Part shown: one piece after another, positions 1-9,254 of the stretch
How the letters are laid out: each line of letters begins with the position of its first letter
How positions within the stretch are numbered: the stretch's first letter is position 1
Source of the DNA: a virus
Lineage: Duplodnaviria; Heunggongvirae; Uroviricota; Caudoviricetes
Strand: one strand, 5' to 3'
Virus record (IMG/VR): IMGVR_UViG_2529292836_000016
DNA: 50,087 nucleotides
Translations under genes and position numbers: made by a program
The notes under the pieces: generated by a model
Database searches by the model: none
What the model saw: the letters and a program-made list of their open reading frames with translations, nothing else
What the model was told of the DNA's origin: nothing

Positions 1-843
1 AAGCGTTTCAGAATCACTGTTGGTGGCGCTACTGAGCTGAACAAGGCCTTTTCGCGTTGTGGTGGCGTCCTGTGCAGTGTATTTCCCGTTAGCAAGGTCA
101 TATGCTGCCTTTACCGCTTTCGGCGTTGCGGCGAGCGTTTCAGACGTGCTGTTGGTGGCACTACTGAGCTGGACAAGGCCTTTTCGCGCTATGGTGGCGT
201 CCTGTGCGGTATATTTCCCGTTAGCAAGGTCATACGCGGCCTTTACCGCTTTCGGCGTTGCGGCCAGTGTTTCAGACGTGCTGTTGGTGGCGCTACTGAG
301 TTGAACAAAGCCTTTTGCGGTCAGCGAGGCGTCCGGGTGACGTCGTGACTGTTCATGTTCTTTCAGTTTGTCATTCACGTAATCCACTGTGGCCATAACC
401 ATGGTGTTATCCACGGTAAGCGCCACGGTGGCAGTGCTGGATACGGTCAGAATGGTGCGAAATGTTTGTACACGTCCGGATCCTTCGGCAACGGCTGGCT
501 TGTAACTTTCCGCAGTATTGCCCACCGCGATCAAATCGCCGTGCTCATCAAATACACCAATTTCCCGGATCCAGAATCCGCCCGTTTCAGGAGGAATAAC
601 CAGCTCCGCAATAATGCGGTTCTGATGTGTTGCGTCCAGGATGACGCGATTAACAGTATGTCGCCACACCTCATGCACCAGACGGGTCTGCTTACTGTCT
701 GGTGTGGGCAACGTGCCGCCACCGTCGCCCACGGCCATATGAGTCAGGCGGACAGGCTTACCATCTGGCGCGGCTGCCTGAGCTAATTTTTTTGCACCCG
801 TATCGGTGATAACGGTTTTAAATTTTCGTGTTGTGGTACTCAT
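1..843 (-). CDS. H: Tail fibre protein, P2 gpH-like; N-terminal part only, gene continues past window start
   Basis: Minus-strand frame opens at ATG 841-843 (MSTTTRKFKTVITDTGAKKLAQAAAP...), an N-terminus typical of P2-family tail fibres; contains 42-aa repeats '...LSSATNSTSETLAATPKAVKAAYDLANGKYT...'. Absent from ORF track because it is edge-truncated. Sits directly downstream of gpI as in P2. Confidence 0.75.
   Translation of the reverse strand, partial: MSTTTRKFKTVITDTGAKKLAQAAAPDGKPVRLTHMAVGDGGGTLPTPDSKQTRLVHEVWRHTVNRVILDATHQNRIIAELVIPPETGGFWIREIGVFDEHGDLIAVGNTAESYKPAVAEGSGRVQTFRTILTVSSTATVALTVDNTMVMATVDYVNDKLKEHEQSRRHPDASLTAKGFVQLSSATNSTSETLAATPKAVKAAYDLANGKYTAQDATIARKGLVQLSSATNSTSETLAATPKAVKAAYDLANGKYTAQDATTTRKGLVQLSSATNSDSETL
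19..330. repeat. 126-bp tandem repeat, about 2.5 near-identical copies, inside the tail-fibre gene
   Basis: Units starting near 20, 146 and 272 ('gttggtggcgctactgagctgaacaaggccttttcgcg...') differ by only a few substitutions; period is a multiple of 3 and encodes a repeated 42-aa fibre motif on the minus strand. Confidence 0.8.
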
Positions 844-845
844 GC

Positions 846-1376
846 TTAATCGTCCGGATAAATGGTAATGACTTCACCGTCGTAAGTTGCTGCCGCCGCG
901 AAAATATCCCCCGGAATCTCCTGAATGATATTCAGCCCTGTCATGTGGCGGCTGACCGGGCGGGCATCAGCAATCAACCGCTCCATTTCCAGATACATTT
1001 CCTCCGTCACGCCACTGTCCAGCGTGCCCACTTCAACGGTAAATGTTCCCGGTTCTCCGCCGAACTCCCACCACTCAGACACACGAATGAGGTATCCCAG
1101 CGGCTCAATGGCCCGGCGCAGTGCGCTGATGGTTCCCTTGTGTCGGTGTATCAGCCATGCATCACGAATCACCTGTCGTTTTGTCTCTTCCGGCCAGTTG
1201 CGATCCCAGCGGTCAACGGAAAATGCCCAGGCGAGATAAGGCAGCAGGTGCACCGGGCAGGTGTCCGGCGACCACAGCGTGTTGAGGTCTACCGGGATGT
1301 CTGTAATGCGCGTTCCGACAGCTTCGGCACAACGCATGAAATTGCTGGCTGATGGCGGTAACAGTGAATTACTCAT
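846..1376 (-). CDS. I: Baseplate/tail protein gpI-like
   Basis: Track ORF 846..1409 trimmed to ATG at 1376 (MSNSLLPPSASNFMRCAEAV...); overlaps J stop by 8 nt; position between J and H as in P2. Confidence 0.8.
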   Translation of the reverse strand: MSNSLLPPSASNFMRCAEAVGTRITDIPVDLNTLWSPDTCPVHLLPYLAWAFSVDRWDRNWPEETKRQVIRDAWLIHRHKGTISALRRAIEPLGYLIRVSEWWEFGGEPGTFTVEVGTLDSGVTEEMYLEMERLIADARPVSRHMTGLNIIQEIPGDIFAAAATYDGEVITIYPDD

Positions 1377-2265
1377 TACGCCCACCTTCGCTGATGGTGA
1401 ATGACTCACAGCGCGCCGCCTGTATGTCGCTGATGGCCATATTCTGTGTGGGTTCGATTATCTCCACGCGTTGCACGCCGTGTACATGAAGTGCGGCAGC
1501 AATGGCGGACAACGCCACGTCCTGACCGATAAGCCCCTGTTCAGCCAGCCACTTCCTGAATGACGATTCCGCCGCGGCCAGAATAGGTTCGGATTCCGGA
1601 CCGGGGTAAAAGTACAGTTTTGCATTCAGCCGCCATGTCACGATGCTGGCGCTCTGTACGGTCAGGCGGTCGGCCACCGGGCGGGTATCCTCTGCATTCA
1701 GAACGGCGCGAACGGTATTAAGCAACGCCTCCGTTGCTGTGCCGTCGCCCTCAGTGGACAGGATGGAAACCGTCACGTTGGCCGGAGACGGGCTGATGGC
1801 CCGCGCATCGCGTACCAGACCGCTGGCGCTGCGTGCAAAATACTCGTATGCACCTGACGGGCCAGCAACACTCAGACCGTCATATGCCCGTTGCGCCCGT
1901 AGTCTCAGCGAGGTGTCACTTTCCATCACTGCGTCGGTGGTATCCGTTGCCGGAGTGATAACCAGGCGCTTTGTGTTCATATTGCCCGCGAGGTTGTCCA
2001 GGTCTGTCCCGGCGCTGTGGCTTAGCATGCAGGCGCGTGCACCCTCATTGACCCGCTGGCGTAACAGCATTTCACGAAACGACATGGTTTGAGCGATAAC
2101 GTTAAGGGGTTCCGATTCCAGCTCCAGCGCGGCGGAAACGGCTTCACGCTGTTCGGCGGGATAGGACGCAATCATCATGGCCTTTGTGTCAGCCAGAATT
2201 GCCTCAAAGTCAGGCTCCGCGATGATGGCGGGGTCCGGTAACTGTGAAAGGTCAACGGCAGGCAT
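1369..2265 (-). CDS. J: Baseplate assembly protein J-like
   Basis: 298-aa ORF; baseplate-J family composition; synteny W-J-I-H. Confidence 0.85.
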   Translation of the reverse strand: MPAVDLSQLPDPAIIAEPDFEAILADTKAMMIASYPAEQREAVSAALELESEPLNVIAQTMSFREMLLRQRVNEGARACMLSHSAGTDLDNLAGNMNTKRLVITPATDTTDAVMESDTSLRLRAQRAYDGLSVAGPSGAYEYFARSASGLVRDARAISPSPANVTVSILSTEGDGTATEALLNTVRAVLNAEDTRPVADRLTVQSASIVTWRLNAKLYFYPGPESEPILAAAESSFRKWLAEQGLIGQDVALSAIAAALHVHGVQRVEIIEPTQNMAISDIQAARCESFTISEGGRNE

Positions 2266-2268
2266 GAT

Positions 2269-2619
2269 TTACTCCCTCAGCGTGATGGTTAATTCAACAT
2301 TCTGCATGGTCTGCATGACAGTGCCCGACAGCGTCACCCCGGCGCGGCCTCCTGCCTTCCAGACAACGTCGATAGCGTCCAGGGCAATGCGGGGTTCCCA
2401 TCGTGTCAGCGCAATCACGGCAGCACTCATGCATTGCAGACGCGTGGTGTTATTCATGGGTTCGTCAATCAAATCAGGCACAAGGCTGCCATATTCCCGT
2501 CGCATAACCCGGCTGGCCAGCGGGGTGGTCAGGATGTCCCTGACTGACTGTTTCAGGTGCTCCATATCGTTCAGGTTTCCCGTTCCGTCCGGGTTCATTC
2601 CTGTGTAGCGGGTTGTCAC
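2269..2619 (-). CDS. W: Baseplate assembly protein W (GPW/gp25 family)
   Basis: 116 aa, 'MTTRYTGMN...RVMRREYGSLVPDLIDEP' resembles P2 gpW; adjacent to V and J. Confidence 0.85.
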   Translation of the reverse strand: MTTRYTGMNPDGTGNLNDMEHLKQSVRDILTTPLASRVMRREYGSLVPDLIDEPMNNTTRLQCMSAAVIALTRWEPRIALDAIDVVWKAGGRAGVTLSGTVMQTMQNVELTITLRE

Positions 2620-3197
2620 TGCGGGCCTCCTGTCGAATCGCTGCCACCTTTAACGCCACCGTGCTTATGCGTATGCACTGTGATGCCGTTTGAGGTGAAA
2701 TCGCCGCCGCTGTGCGTGATATTGCCGCTCATCTTTCCCCCTTTTGTGACGTCAAGCGTCGCTGTTCTCAGAAGGTTTGTGCATTCCACGACGGGCGTAT
2801 CCAGTGTCACGCTGACGGATGCCTGCAGGGTGGCTGTTTTCATGCCGCTGGCGCTCAGTGCGCCAGCGTCTGCGTCGTAGCGGAACACCGCGCCATCCGG
2901 CGCGCTGACCACGATTTCTTTCAGGCTTTTGCCGGGGGCCGGACTGGCATCACTCCACAGGCTGCCAATTATCATGGCGGTTTCCGGGTTGCCGCCAATG
3001 CAGGCAATTACCACCTGTTCGCCTGGTGATGGCGGCAGCCATACATTGAAGGCTCCCGCGCGCGTGGTGTTCCAGCGCAACCAGCCTGTTTCCAGTTCGC
3101 CGCTGCGAACGCGCACGCTCCAGGACTTCTCATCAACTTCAGAGATGATCCCGGTGCGGATGATATTGCTCAGCAGTCGCATGAGTTCTGCGCTCAC
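2616..3197 (-). CDS. V: Baseplate spike/assembly protein V
   Basis: 193 aa, Gly/Ser-rich C-terminus typical of gpV spike; 4-nt overlap with W. Confidence 0.8.
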   Translation of the reverse strand: MSAELMRLLSNIIRTGIISEVDEKSWSVRVRSGELETGWLRWNTTRAGAFNVWLPPSPGEQVVIACIGGNPETAMIIGSLWSDASPAPGKSLKEIVVSAPDGAVFRYDADAGALSASGMKTATLQASVSVTLDTPVVECTNLLRTATLDVTKGGKMSGNITHSGGDFTSNGITVHTHKHGGVKGGSDSTGGPQ

Positions 3198-3829
3198 CGT
3201 ACAGCCTCCGCAATCCGGCCCAGCACCGTGTTATAAATCAGGCGCTCATCTGCCTGGCTGATACCCAGCAGCTCACGTACCGGGTAATCGGTGAAAATGC
3301 CCGGCGCAACCTGATCGCGCTCACCGAACTGATGAACGCGGGCAATACGTGCGGCCACGCCGCTGTAACCCACCGTCACACCGGAAGCATCTGCACGGGC
3401 TTTCAGGTAGCGGGCGGTGCGCAGTTTTACGAACATGGGGACGCGCTTTGTGCTGTCCTGGTTGATGCGCCGGGTGCGTATTTCCAGAAAACGGTCGATG
3501 TCATCCCGGTAAAACGTGCGGATATTGTTTTTATCCTCATCCCACCCGGTAATGGTTCGCCCGTATTTCCCCGTGTCGTGATGCCAGTTTTTCAGCGTGC
3601 GTGCTTCGTTATTCCAGATAAAGCGAATGCGCTCCTGTATCCGGGTTACGCGGCGTCTGCGTGGTGTCCACGCGGTCCCGTCCGGCGCTTTCTGTGACCG
3701 GATACGCGCCTGCTGGGCGCGGCGTAAATCCTGTGTCAGCTTTCTGGCGATGTTATTGATGGCCTGCTGATTCAGGCTGTCGCGGATGGCCTCAAAGGTT
3801 TCATCCACGCGGGTGAATGCCTTATCCAT
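3194..3829 (-). CDS. S: Virion morphogenesis / tail completion protein at the gpS position
   Basis: Track ORF 3194..3838 trimmed to ATG (MDKAFTRVDETF...); follows R and precedes V as in P2. Longer than P2 gpS, so family assignment is by position. Confidence 0.6.
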   Translation of the reverse strand: MDKAFTRVDETFEAIRDSLNQQAINNIARKLTQDLRRAQQARIRSQKAPDGTAWTPRRRRVTRIQERIRFIWNNEARTLKNWHHDTGKYGRTITGWDEDKNNIRTFYRDDIDRFLEIRTRRINQDSTKRVPMFVKLRTARYLKARADASGVTVGYSGVAARIARVHQFGERDQVAPGIFTDYPVRELLGISQADERLIYNTVLGRIAEAVR

Positions 3830-4289
3830 CGCTTTCACCCCACGTCACATCCTGGAATACATGCGACCAGTCGCCTTCGGGAGATGGCAGGCGGGGTTTT
3901 GGCTCCGGCAGGTGTTCTGCCTGCGGTGTCCCCTGACTGCTGCGCGTGATGCGAACGCGTTCCCGCAGGGGGAGCGTAAACAGGAGATCGGCGCTGTCAT
4001 CGTCATTGATAACGGCGGAGAATTTGATGTCCTGATTACGCTCAGGGTTGAGCAACAACTGTGGCTGATTTTCGGATAACCACGCCAGCAGCGGCAGCGT
4101 GAGGTCGTCCAGCTCCCCGGCGTAATCCATGACAAACATCACCATCTGATAGCGGTAAACAAACGAGGGCGTTTCTCCGGTCGTTTCAATGTTGCCGCTC
4201 TCCACGAAAATGGTGAATTTTTCCGGGTTGGCCTGACACCATCGGCATGAACGGGTCATGGCTTCACGCAGGGAATCAGTTTTCAGCAT
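3822..4289 (-). CDS. R: Tail completion protein gpR-like
   Basis: 155 aa 'MLKTDSLREAMT...', same length and N-terminal pattern as P2 gpR. Confidence 0.75.
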   Translation of the reverse strand: MLKTDSLREAMTRSCRWCQANPEKFTIFVESGNIETTGETPSFVYRYQMVMFVMDYAGELDDLTLPLLAWLSENQPQLLLNPERNQDIKFSAVINDDDSADLLFTLPLRERVRITRSSQGTPQAEHLPEPKPRLPSPEGDWSHVFQDVTWGESDG

Positions 4290-4566
4290 GGTTGTTGTCC
4301 TCGTTGTTCAGTCGTTGCAGCCTGCGCTGTTCCAGTAATTCAATGGCCCGTTTATCCGCGTTACAGGTTTCCAGTGCATCCAGAAGGCGGTCGCCCCATA
4401 TACCGAGATTTCCCCATGTGGGAGTATCAGGGAAGGGGGGCGGCGTTACCGGTATGGTCAGCGTCTGCGGTATAAGCCGGACTGACGGCGCTGGCAGTGG
4501 CGCGTTCTGCGTGCCTGCGCAGCCTGTCAGTAAAACGAGCGTCAGGCAAAGCGTGGGCGCATTCAT
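4276..4566 (-). CDS. lysC: Outer-membrane spanin lipoprotein (LysC/Rz1-like)
   Basis: Trimmed to 'MNAPTLCLTLVLLTGCAG...' (lipobox LTGC); Pro-rich; embedded out of frame in the lysB 3' region. Confidence 0.7.
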   Translation of the reverse strand: MNAPTLCLTLVLLTGCAGTQNAPLPAPSVRLIPQTLTIPVTPPPFPDTPTWGNLGIWGDRLLDALETCNADKRAIELLEQRRLQRLNNEDNNHAEN

Positions 4567-4834
4567 CTTTTGCAATATCGTTGCGTAGCTGTTCACGTCT
4601 TACCTCTCCGTCCTGATTGCGTTGCTGATTTTCCACGCGGAGTTGCGCCAGCACCTGCTGCATATCCTGTACCCCGGCGCTGATGATATTCAGGGTGTCG
4701 GCGGTACGTTTCAGGGTGCTGGCCTGCGCTTCGTTTCTGGCGTTCTCCCGGCCCAGCGACCATGACAGACGCATGGATGTTCCCCATGCGGCAATCAGAA
4801 GGAAAGCGACACCCAGCGTGGGCCAGAGCTTCAT
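4427..4834 (-). CDS. lysB: Inner-membrane spanin (LysB/Rz-like)
   Basis: Trimmed to 'MKLWPTLGVAFLLIAAWG...' (N-terminal TM helix followed by coiled-coil-like region); start overlaps endolysin stop. Confidence 0.65.
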   Translation of the reverse strand: MKLWPTLGVAFLLIAAWGTSMRLSWSLGRENARNEAQASTLKRTADTLNIISAGVQDMQQVLAQLRVENQQRNQDGEVRREQLRNDIAKDECAHALPDARFTDRLRRHAERATASAVSPAYTADADHTGNAAPLP

Positions 4835-5223
4835 GCCGGATAGGCTCCGTGTGGTAACTGAAAATGCGGTCCGTCTTTCAGGGTCTTCCAGTCGCCGCCC
4901 CATTCCACCGGAATATTCAGCTCCCGGCTGGCCTGTCTGAATGCTGCTGCGATTTTTTCGTACAGCGGCCATTCCCATGACACCTGGCTGCCGATATAAG
5001 CCACAACATCCACGGCATGTCCCGTAAGGTGGCGGCTGTTCATGGTCTGGCTCTTACCTGTGGCCACAAGTTGCTTCTGGCGGTAACGGCTGCGCAACCC
5101 TTCGGTGATACCAAAATCCACTTCCGAAATTTCCAGTGCCCGTCGGGTCACTTTCACCAGATCAGGATTTACGCCCTGCAAATTCTTTTCGCTCCGACTG
5201 CTGAATTTAAATGTGTTGCTCAT
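4831..5223 (-). CDS. Endolysin, peptidase M15-type (L-alanyl-D-glutamate peptidase-like)
   Basis: 130 aa with 'SRHLTGHAVDV...' zinc-binding H-x6-D-type motif of M15 peptidases; located in the lysis cassette. Confidence 0.7.
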   Translation of the reverse strand: MSNTFKFSSRSEKNLQGVNPDLVKVTRRALEISEVDFGITEGLRSRYRQKQLVATGKSQTMNSRHLTGHAVDVVAYIGSQVSWEWPLYEKIAAAFRQASRELNIPVEWGGDWKTLKDGPHFQLPHGAYPA

Positions 5224-5543
5224 TCGTCCTTCCCCTTCACCCTGCGATTAAAGGCCGCAATAACCTTGTCGCGTGCTTTCTCTGCGCCCATAAAACCGAT
5301 TGATGCGCCGATAAACGTCACGGCATCTTCAGGAAACCCGAAGAAGCGCAACGACCCGGCCACGGCCATGGCAAGAACGCCGCACGCCAGCGATCCCGTT
5401 ACGGTCTGAACCAGTGTTCGTCCGTCATAAAGACTCATCAGCGCGGAAATGCTGACCGCCGCGCCTACTGCATACACCGTTGGCAGGTGGTCAAAGAGCC
5501 ACGCAATAACCTGCTCTGTGATCCCTGTTTGAATGGTGCTCAC
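5220..5543 (-). CDS. Holin (putative)
   Basis: Track ORF 5220..5762 trimmed to a GTG start just after gpX stop, preceded by a GGGGGGAG-like RBS; about 107 aa with hydrophobic segments (IAWLFDHLPTVYAVGAAVSISALM..., LACGVLAMAVAGSL...). Confidence 0.55.
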   Translation of the reverse strand: MSTIQTGITEQVIAWLFDHLPTVYAVGAAVSISALMSLYDGRTLVQTVTGSLACGVLAMAVAGSLRFFGFPEDAVTFIGASIGFMGAEKARDKVIAAFNRRVKGKDE

Positions 5544-5545
5544 TG

Positions 5546-5752
5546 CTACTCCCCCCACAACTGAATCATTTCTCGTTTCTTCTTCTCCGGCTCCGGCATC
5601 TCCACGTCCTGCCCGGCGTCCAGAAATACCTGCTGACAGAGTCCGGGGTTGGCATCCAGCACCTTTTCGGTGACGCCCTGCGTCGTGCCGTAGTACCGGA
5701 AACAGAGCGAATCCACGGTGTCGCCTTCCAGTGCCTTCACTTTCATCAGCAC
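5546..5752 (-). CDS. X: Tail protein X (gpX-like, LysM-like)
   Basis: 68 aa, same size and position as P2 gpX, between L and the holin. Confidence 0.75.
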   Translation of the reverse strand: MLMKVKALEGDTVDSLCFRYYGTTQGVTEKVLDANPGLCQQVFLDAGQDVEMPEPEKKKREMIQLWGE

Positions 5753-6249
5753 AGCTCCGCAAAAATTCGCGGGCGGCGCAGAATGTCAGAGATGGCCCAG
5801 CTCACATCGCGCCACAAATCCGATGTCTGTATATCCAGTGCGTCCGCCCGGCGGTCGCCCTTATCCGTTGTGTCCGCATCGCGGTAACGCTCCAGAATCA
5901 GGGCGCGCGTGGCGGTATAAACAGCATTGCGCCAGTGCCAGAGATTGACGCTTTCTCCGTTAATTACGGGTGCCGGAACATCGGCCAGCGTCTGATGGCC
6001 AGCTGCCTGCTGTTCCTGCTGCCATGCTTCCAGCTCGCGGGTAACGTGTGCCACAGCCCCGGTGGCAGTATGTAGCAGGCGGGAGGTGGTCACGCGGCCC
6101 GGCAGTCGTACCGCCAGACGCAGCTCGCGCAGCACAATATCCGGCCAGAATGCACCCGCTGAAATGCGGGTATCGCCATCATCGGTATCGGTGATGTCGT
6201 CCTCTGCGGGTCTGGGTTCAGTTCTGGCAACCATACTCATGGGGTTCAC
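5746..6249 (-). CDS. L: Head completion/stabilisation protein gpL-like
   Basis: 167 aa; position downstream of terminase small subunit M. Confidence 0.75.
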   Translation of the reverse strand: MNPMSMVARTEPRPAEDDITDTDDGDTRISAGAFWPDIVLRELRLAVRLPGRVTTSRLLHTATGAVAHVTRELEAWQQEQQAAGHQTLADVPAPVINGESVNLWHWRNAVYTATRALILERYRDADTTDKGDRRADALDIQTSDLWRDVSWAISDILRRPRIFAELC

Positions 6250-6261
6250 TCCTGAAAAAAA

Positions 6262-6326
6262 TCGGGCGGTGGGTGCGCGGTGTAAACGGTCACGGAGTCA
6301 AACCGGAACACCGCGCACGCCGCCCG
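6262..6326 (-). other. GC-rich imperfect palindrome (stem about 18 bp) between M and L
   Basis: 'gggcggtgggtgcgcggtgt' ... 'acaccgcgcacgccgcccg'; on the transcribed (minus) strand followed by a T-run just before the L start. Confidence 0.35.
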
Positions 6327-6342
6327 CTGACGGGGTCAGTCG

Positions 6343-7143
6343 TTAACCGCGCTTCGCCTTCTGCGTCGCGGTGGTTTTTCGTGTTGCAGGCTTCCGCGTT
6401 GTCTTTTTACTTTTGCTGCTTTCGTCCTGCGTCTGCTGTGCGCTGGCGTCTTCTGGTGCGGCTGCGGAATCGGCTTTTTTCAGGGCGCGGGAAAGGGTTG
6501 CAATCTCGCGTTTCACACCTGCGTTCGGGTTCAGGTGCATTGCTTCGCGCAGCAGCTTCAGTGACAGGGCCATGCTGTCCGTATCACTCAGGCCACGGCG
6601 GGCAAAGGCGCACGCTTTGCATAATTTGGCGCGCACTTCGTCCGGCATGTCCTGGTCGGTGACAATCTCCCGGAGGGTGTCCAGTGGTTCGATAAAGGCG
6701 GACAAATCCGCGTCGGCATCCGTCCCGGCCTGCGTCAGTACCGGATTACAGATTTCTTCGGTCAGTACCGTGGCAGCAGTACGTCCAAAGTTATCCGGCA
6801 TGATGAGGTTGTGACGGACCACATATGCACCAATACGCAGCGCCAGCGGAAGATCGCCGCAGTCAATCGCCCAGACCATCAGCGTGGCAATCACTTCATC
6901 CTGCTGCCCGCCGTCAGCCTCCAGCGTTCCCTCAATCCAGCCGGAAAAGTCCGGCAATAACTCTTTTTTGATGGCGGCTTTCGCGCTTCTGGCCTGTACG
7001 CCCTTAAGCCGGGCCTGTGCCAGACGCAGACGATACAGCACCTCTTCATGCGCGGTACGCGCGGCGTGGTCCACGCCTTCATTCGCCCGGCCTGCGCGCT
7101 GTGCCATCACGTTCTGCCAGTGTTGCTGTGCAGGAGTAATCAT
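6343..7143 (-). CDS. M: Terminase endonuclease (small) subunit gpM-like
   Basis: 266 aa with basic Lys/Thr-rich C-terminus; position N-M-L. Confidence 0.8.
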   Translation of the reverse strand: MITPAQQHWQNVMAQRAGRANEGVDHAARTAHEEVLYRLRLAQARLKGVQARSAKAAIKKELLPDFSGWIEGTLEADGGQQDEVIATLMVWAIDCGDLPLALRIGAYVVRHNLIMPDNFGRTAATVLTEEICNPVLTQAGTDADADLSAFIEPLDTLREIVTDQDMPDEVRAKLCKACAFARRGLSDTDSMALSLKLLREAMHLNPNAGVKREIATLSRALKKADSAAAPEDASAQQTQDESSKSKKTTRKPATRKTTATQKAKRG

Positions 7144-7188
7144 TTTTTCTCTCCGTTACAGACGGGCATGATGCCCGCCGTGAGGTGA

Positions 7189-8241
7189 TTAGCTGTCGGC
7201 GAACTTCAGGCCAGTGACCATCGCGCACTTGCCATAGTCTTCAACGACATAAGCGTCATTGATGGACTGGTAGGTGGCGATGCGGTTGTATTCCGGCTCG
7301 TCTTTCATCAGGCGACGCATTGTTCCTTTCTGCCAGTAAATTGACAGGTTGTTGAACGAGGTGATCAGCATCGTTGCATCCGGGAAGAACGGCGCAAGGA
7401 ATACATCCAGCCCGCCAATGGCGCGCGATGACAGGATGAGCTGTCCGGCAAGTAATTCCGCATTGGGATTCTGGCCGCTGATGCTGTTCAGCACGGGCAG
7501 ACGCAGCGAGTTAAACAGGTTGCGCCCCATAATCACCACGAGGTCGTCAGCTTCCTTGTGCCATTCATCCAGCAGGGATGAGCGCGCGTCCTGTACCAGT
7601 GCATCAGCGTTCGCATATTTACCCGCGTGCGCCACGGTGTTGTCCATGTTGCGGGAGGTCAGCGTTACATCATTCATAACGCGCTCGCTGGCGTCGGTTC
7701 TGATGTGCTCCAGCCATCCCACGTTAACGTCCTGAAGCAGCTTGTTAGTGCTGAAGTTGGACTCATCCGCGTGAGACGTGCCGTTGAAACCGATCATGAT
7801 GCGGTCAAGCGCCACCTGCCGGGCAATCTGTGTGCTGACGCGGGACTGAAAATCAGGGTGTGCCGCCCAGGCATCAAGCTGCGGATACGAAATAAACGTG
7901 TCGTAGTTCACCTGTTCGCACTGGTATTTGCGGTTTTTCAGATCAACCACGTTATTCGGGTTACGGCGTTTTGTGCCGTCATAACTGGTATTCGTGCGCG
8001 CAATCGGCCCGGTGGTGTCCAGGAGGATTTTTTCGCCTTTCTGGTCAGTCACACCGAACACGTTAATTTTTTTTGTAAATTCAGTGCTCTCCTTTACTGC
8101 GTTTTCAAAACGCTGCTGCACCGAGGGTTCCACGGTAAATCGCGATACCAGTGCAGATACCGGGATATTGTTAAGCGACGCCTGCTGCGCCATATAGCAA
8201 CCCAGCTTGTTGCGGGTAATATCTGACATCACCAGATTCAT
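7189..8241 (-). CDS. N: Major capsid protein gpN-like
   Basis: 350 aa; position O-N-M. Confidence 0.85.
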   Translation of the reverse strand: MNLVMSDITRNKLGCYMAQQASLNNIPVSALVSRFTVEPSVQQRFENAVKESTEFTKKINVFGVTDQKGEKILLDTTGPIARTNTSYDGTKRRNPNNVVDLKNRKYQCEQVNYDTFISYPQLDAWAAHPDFQSRVSTQIARQVALDRIMIGFNGTSHADESNFSTNKLLQDVNVGWLEHIRTDASERVMNDVTLTSRNMDNTVAHAGKYANADALVQDARSSLLDEWHKEADDLVVIMGRNLFNSLRLPVLNSISGQNPNAELLAGQLILSSRAIGGLDVFLAPFFPDATMLITSFNNLSIYWQKGTMRRLMKDEPEYNRIATYQSINDAYVVEDYGKCAMVTGLKFADS

Positions 8242-8263
8242 AAAAATTTGCTCCTTTGTCTTA

Positions 8264-9100
8264 TCAGAAGTCAGCCAGCTGGTCGGAGGCTGCGCCCGTT
8301 GCGGTGAAGCGGTTCTGCGGATCGCCGTCCTGCGTGCGCAGTTTTTCCTTCAGTGCTGTCAGCTCTGTGGTCAGTGACGTGATTTTCTGGCGGTCCTGCT
8401 GATGGCGGGTTTCCAGCACATTAAAACGGTCGATAATGTCGGCCTGTGACGTTGCGACGCCTTCCACCGCTTCCTGAATACGGGAGAAACTGGCGTCATC
8501 CGCTTTGCGGCCATGACCAATAATCCCCATTACGCGGTTAAACCACTGGGTGCCTTCTTCCTGGCGTTGTTCTGCCATTTCGATGATTTCAGACTCGATG
8601 GCTTCGGAAATGAGCGGTGCTTCACCCTGGACACTGTTGAACGTCATCACCGCCTGACGTTGCTGTGCCGTGAATTTCAGGCGCTCAGTGCCCAGGCTTG
8701 CCGGGGTGTCGGTCATCGCCAGCCCGACCAGATAGGCGCGCCCGTTAACGGAGAACTGCGGGTGCAGTTCGATACTGGAATAGATTTTCTTGCCGTCCGC
8801 GACAAGCTGCTTCATGCGCTCGGTCGGTTCGATTTCTGCATACAGCGCAGTACGTCCGGCCAGCGGACCTTCCGTAATGTCTTCCGTACTCAGTGCGGTG
8901 ACATCGCCCATTGCGGAAAATTCGCTTGACGGGCATGGCGAGAGATAGTGCTCAACGTTCACGCGGGCAGCGTAAACATCCGGGTTGAAGTTCTCGGCGG
9001 CTTCACGCAGATGCACCGGACTGATTTCACGGCCATCAACAGTTGATCCGGAGACAGCCACGCGAAACTTTTTGCGGAATGTCTTTTTTTCATTAGCCAT
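8264..9100 (-). CDS. O: Capsid scaffolding protein gpO-like
   Basis: Track ORF 8264..9133 trimmed to ATG 'MANEKKTFRKKFRVAVSG...' with a GAGGGG RBS; divergent from P as in P2. Confidence 0.8.
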   Translation of the reverse strand: MANEKKTFRKKFRVAVSGSTVDGREISPVHLREAAENFNPDVYAARVNVEHYLSPCPSSEFSAMGDVTALSTEDITEGPLAGRTALYAEIEPTERMKQLVADGKKIYSSIELHPQFSVNGRAYLVGLAMTDTPASLGTERLKFTAQQRQAVMTFNSVQGEAPLISEAIESEIIEMAEQRQEEGTQWFNRVMGIIGHGRKADDASFSRIQEAVEGVATSQADIIDRFNVLETRHQQDRQKITSLTTELTALKEKLRTQDGDPQNRFTATGAASDQLADF

Positions 9101-9133
9101 AGTTTTTGCCCCTCTGACTGGTTCTTCAGTCAT

Positions 9134-9254
9134 GATGGCAAAGCGTAACAGGCTGATACAAAGGGCTTTTGTTGTAAGAAAACGGCCAGAACAGGGGGTT
9201 AAGGAGAACGGTTTCGCGCGCGGGTAATCTTCCTGTAATTACTCAGGGGGAGCA
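9134..9254. promoter_or_regulatory. Divergent late-promoter region between O and P
   Basis: 121-bp intergenic region separating divergently transcribed capsid and terminase operons; contains TGT...ACA dyad-like elements. Positional inference only. Confidence 0.3.

Noticed and set aside
1-330. Possible CRISPR array suggested by regular repeats
   Set aside because: Repeats are 126 bp, contiguous without unique spacers, and in-frame coding within the tail-fibre gene.
355-786. 143-aa plus-strand ORF overlapping the tail-fibre region
   Set aside because: Antisense to the well-supported minus-strand tail-fibre gene; no RBS or recognisable motif.
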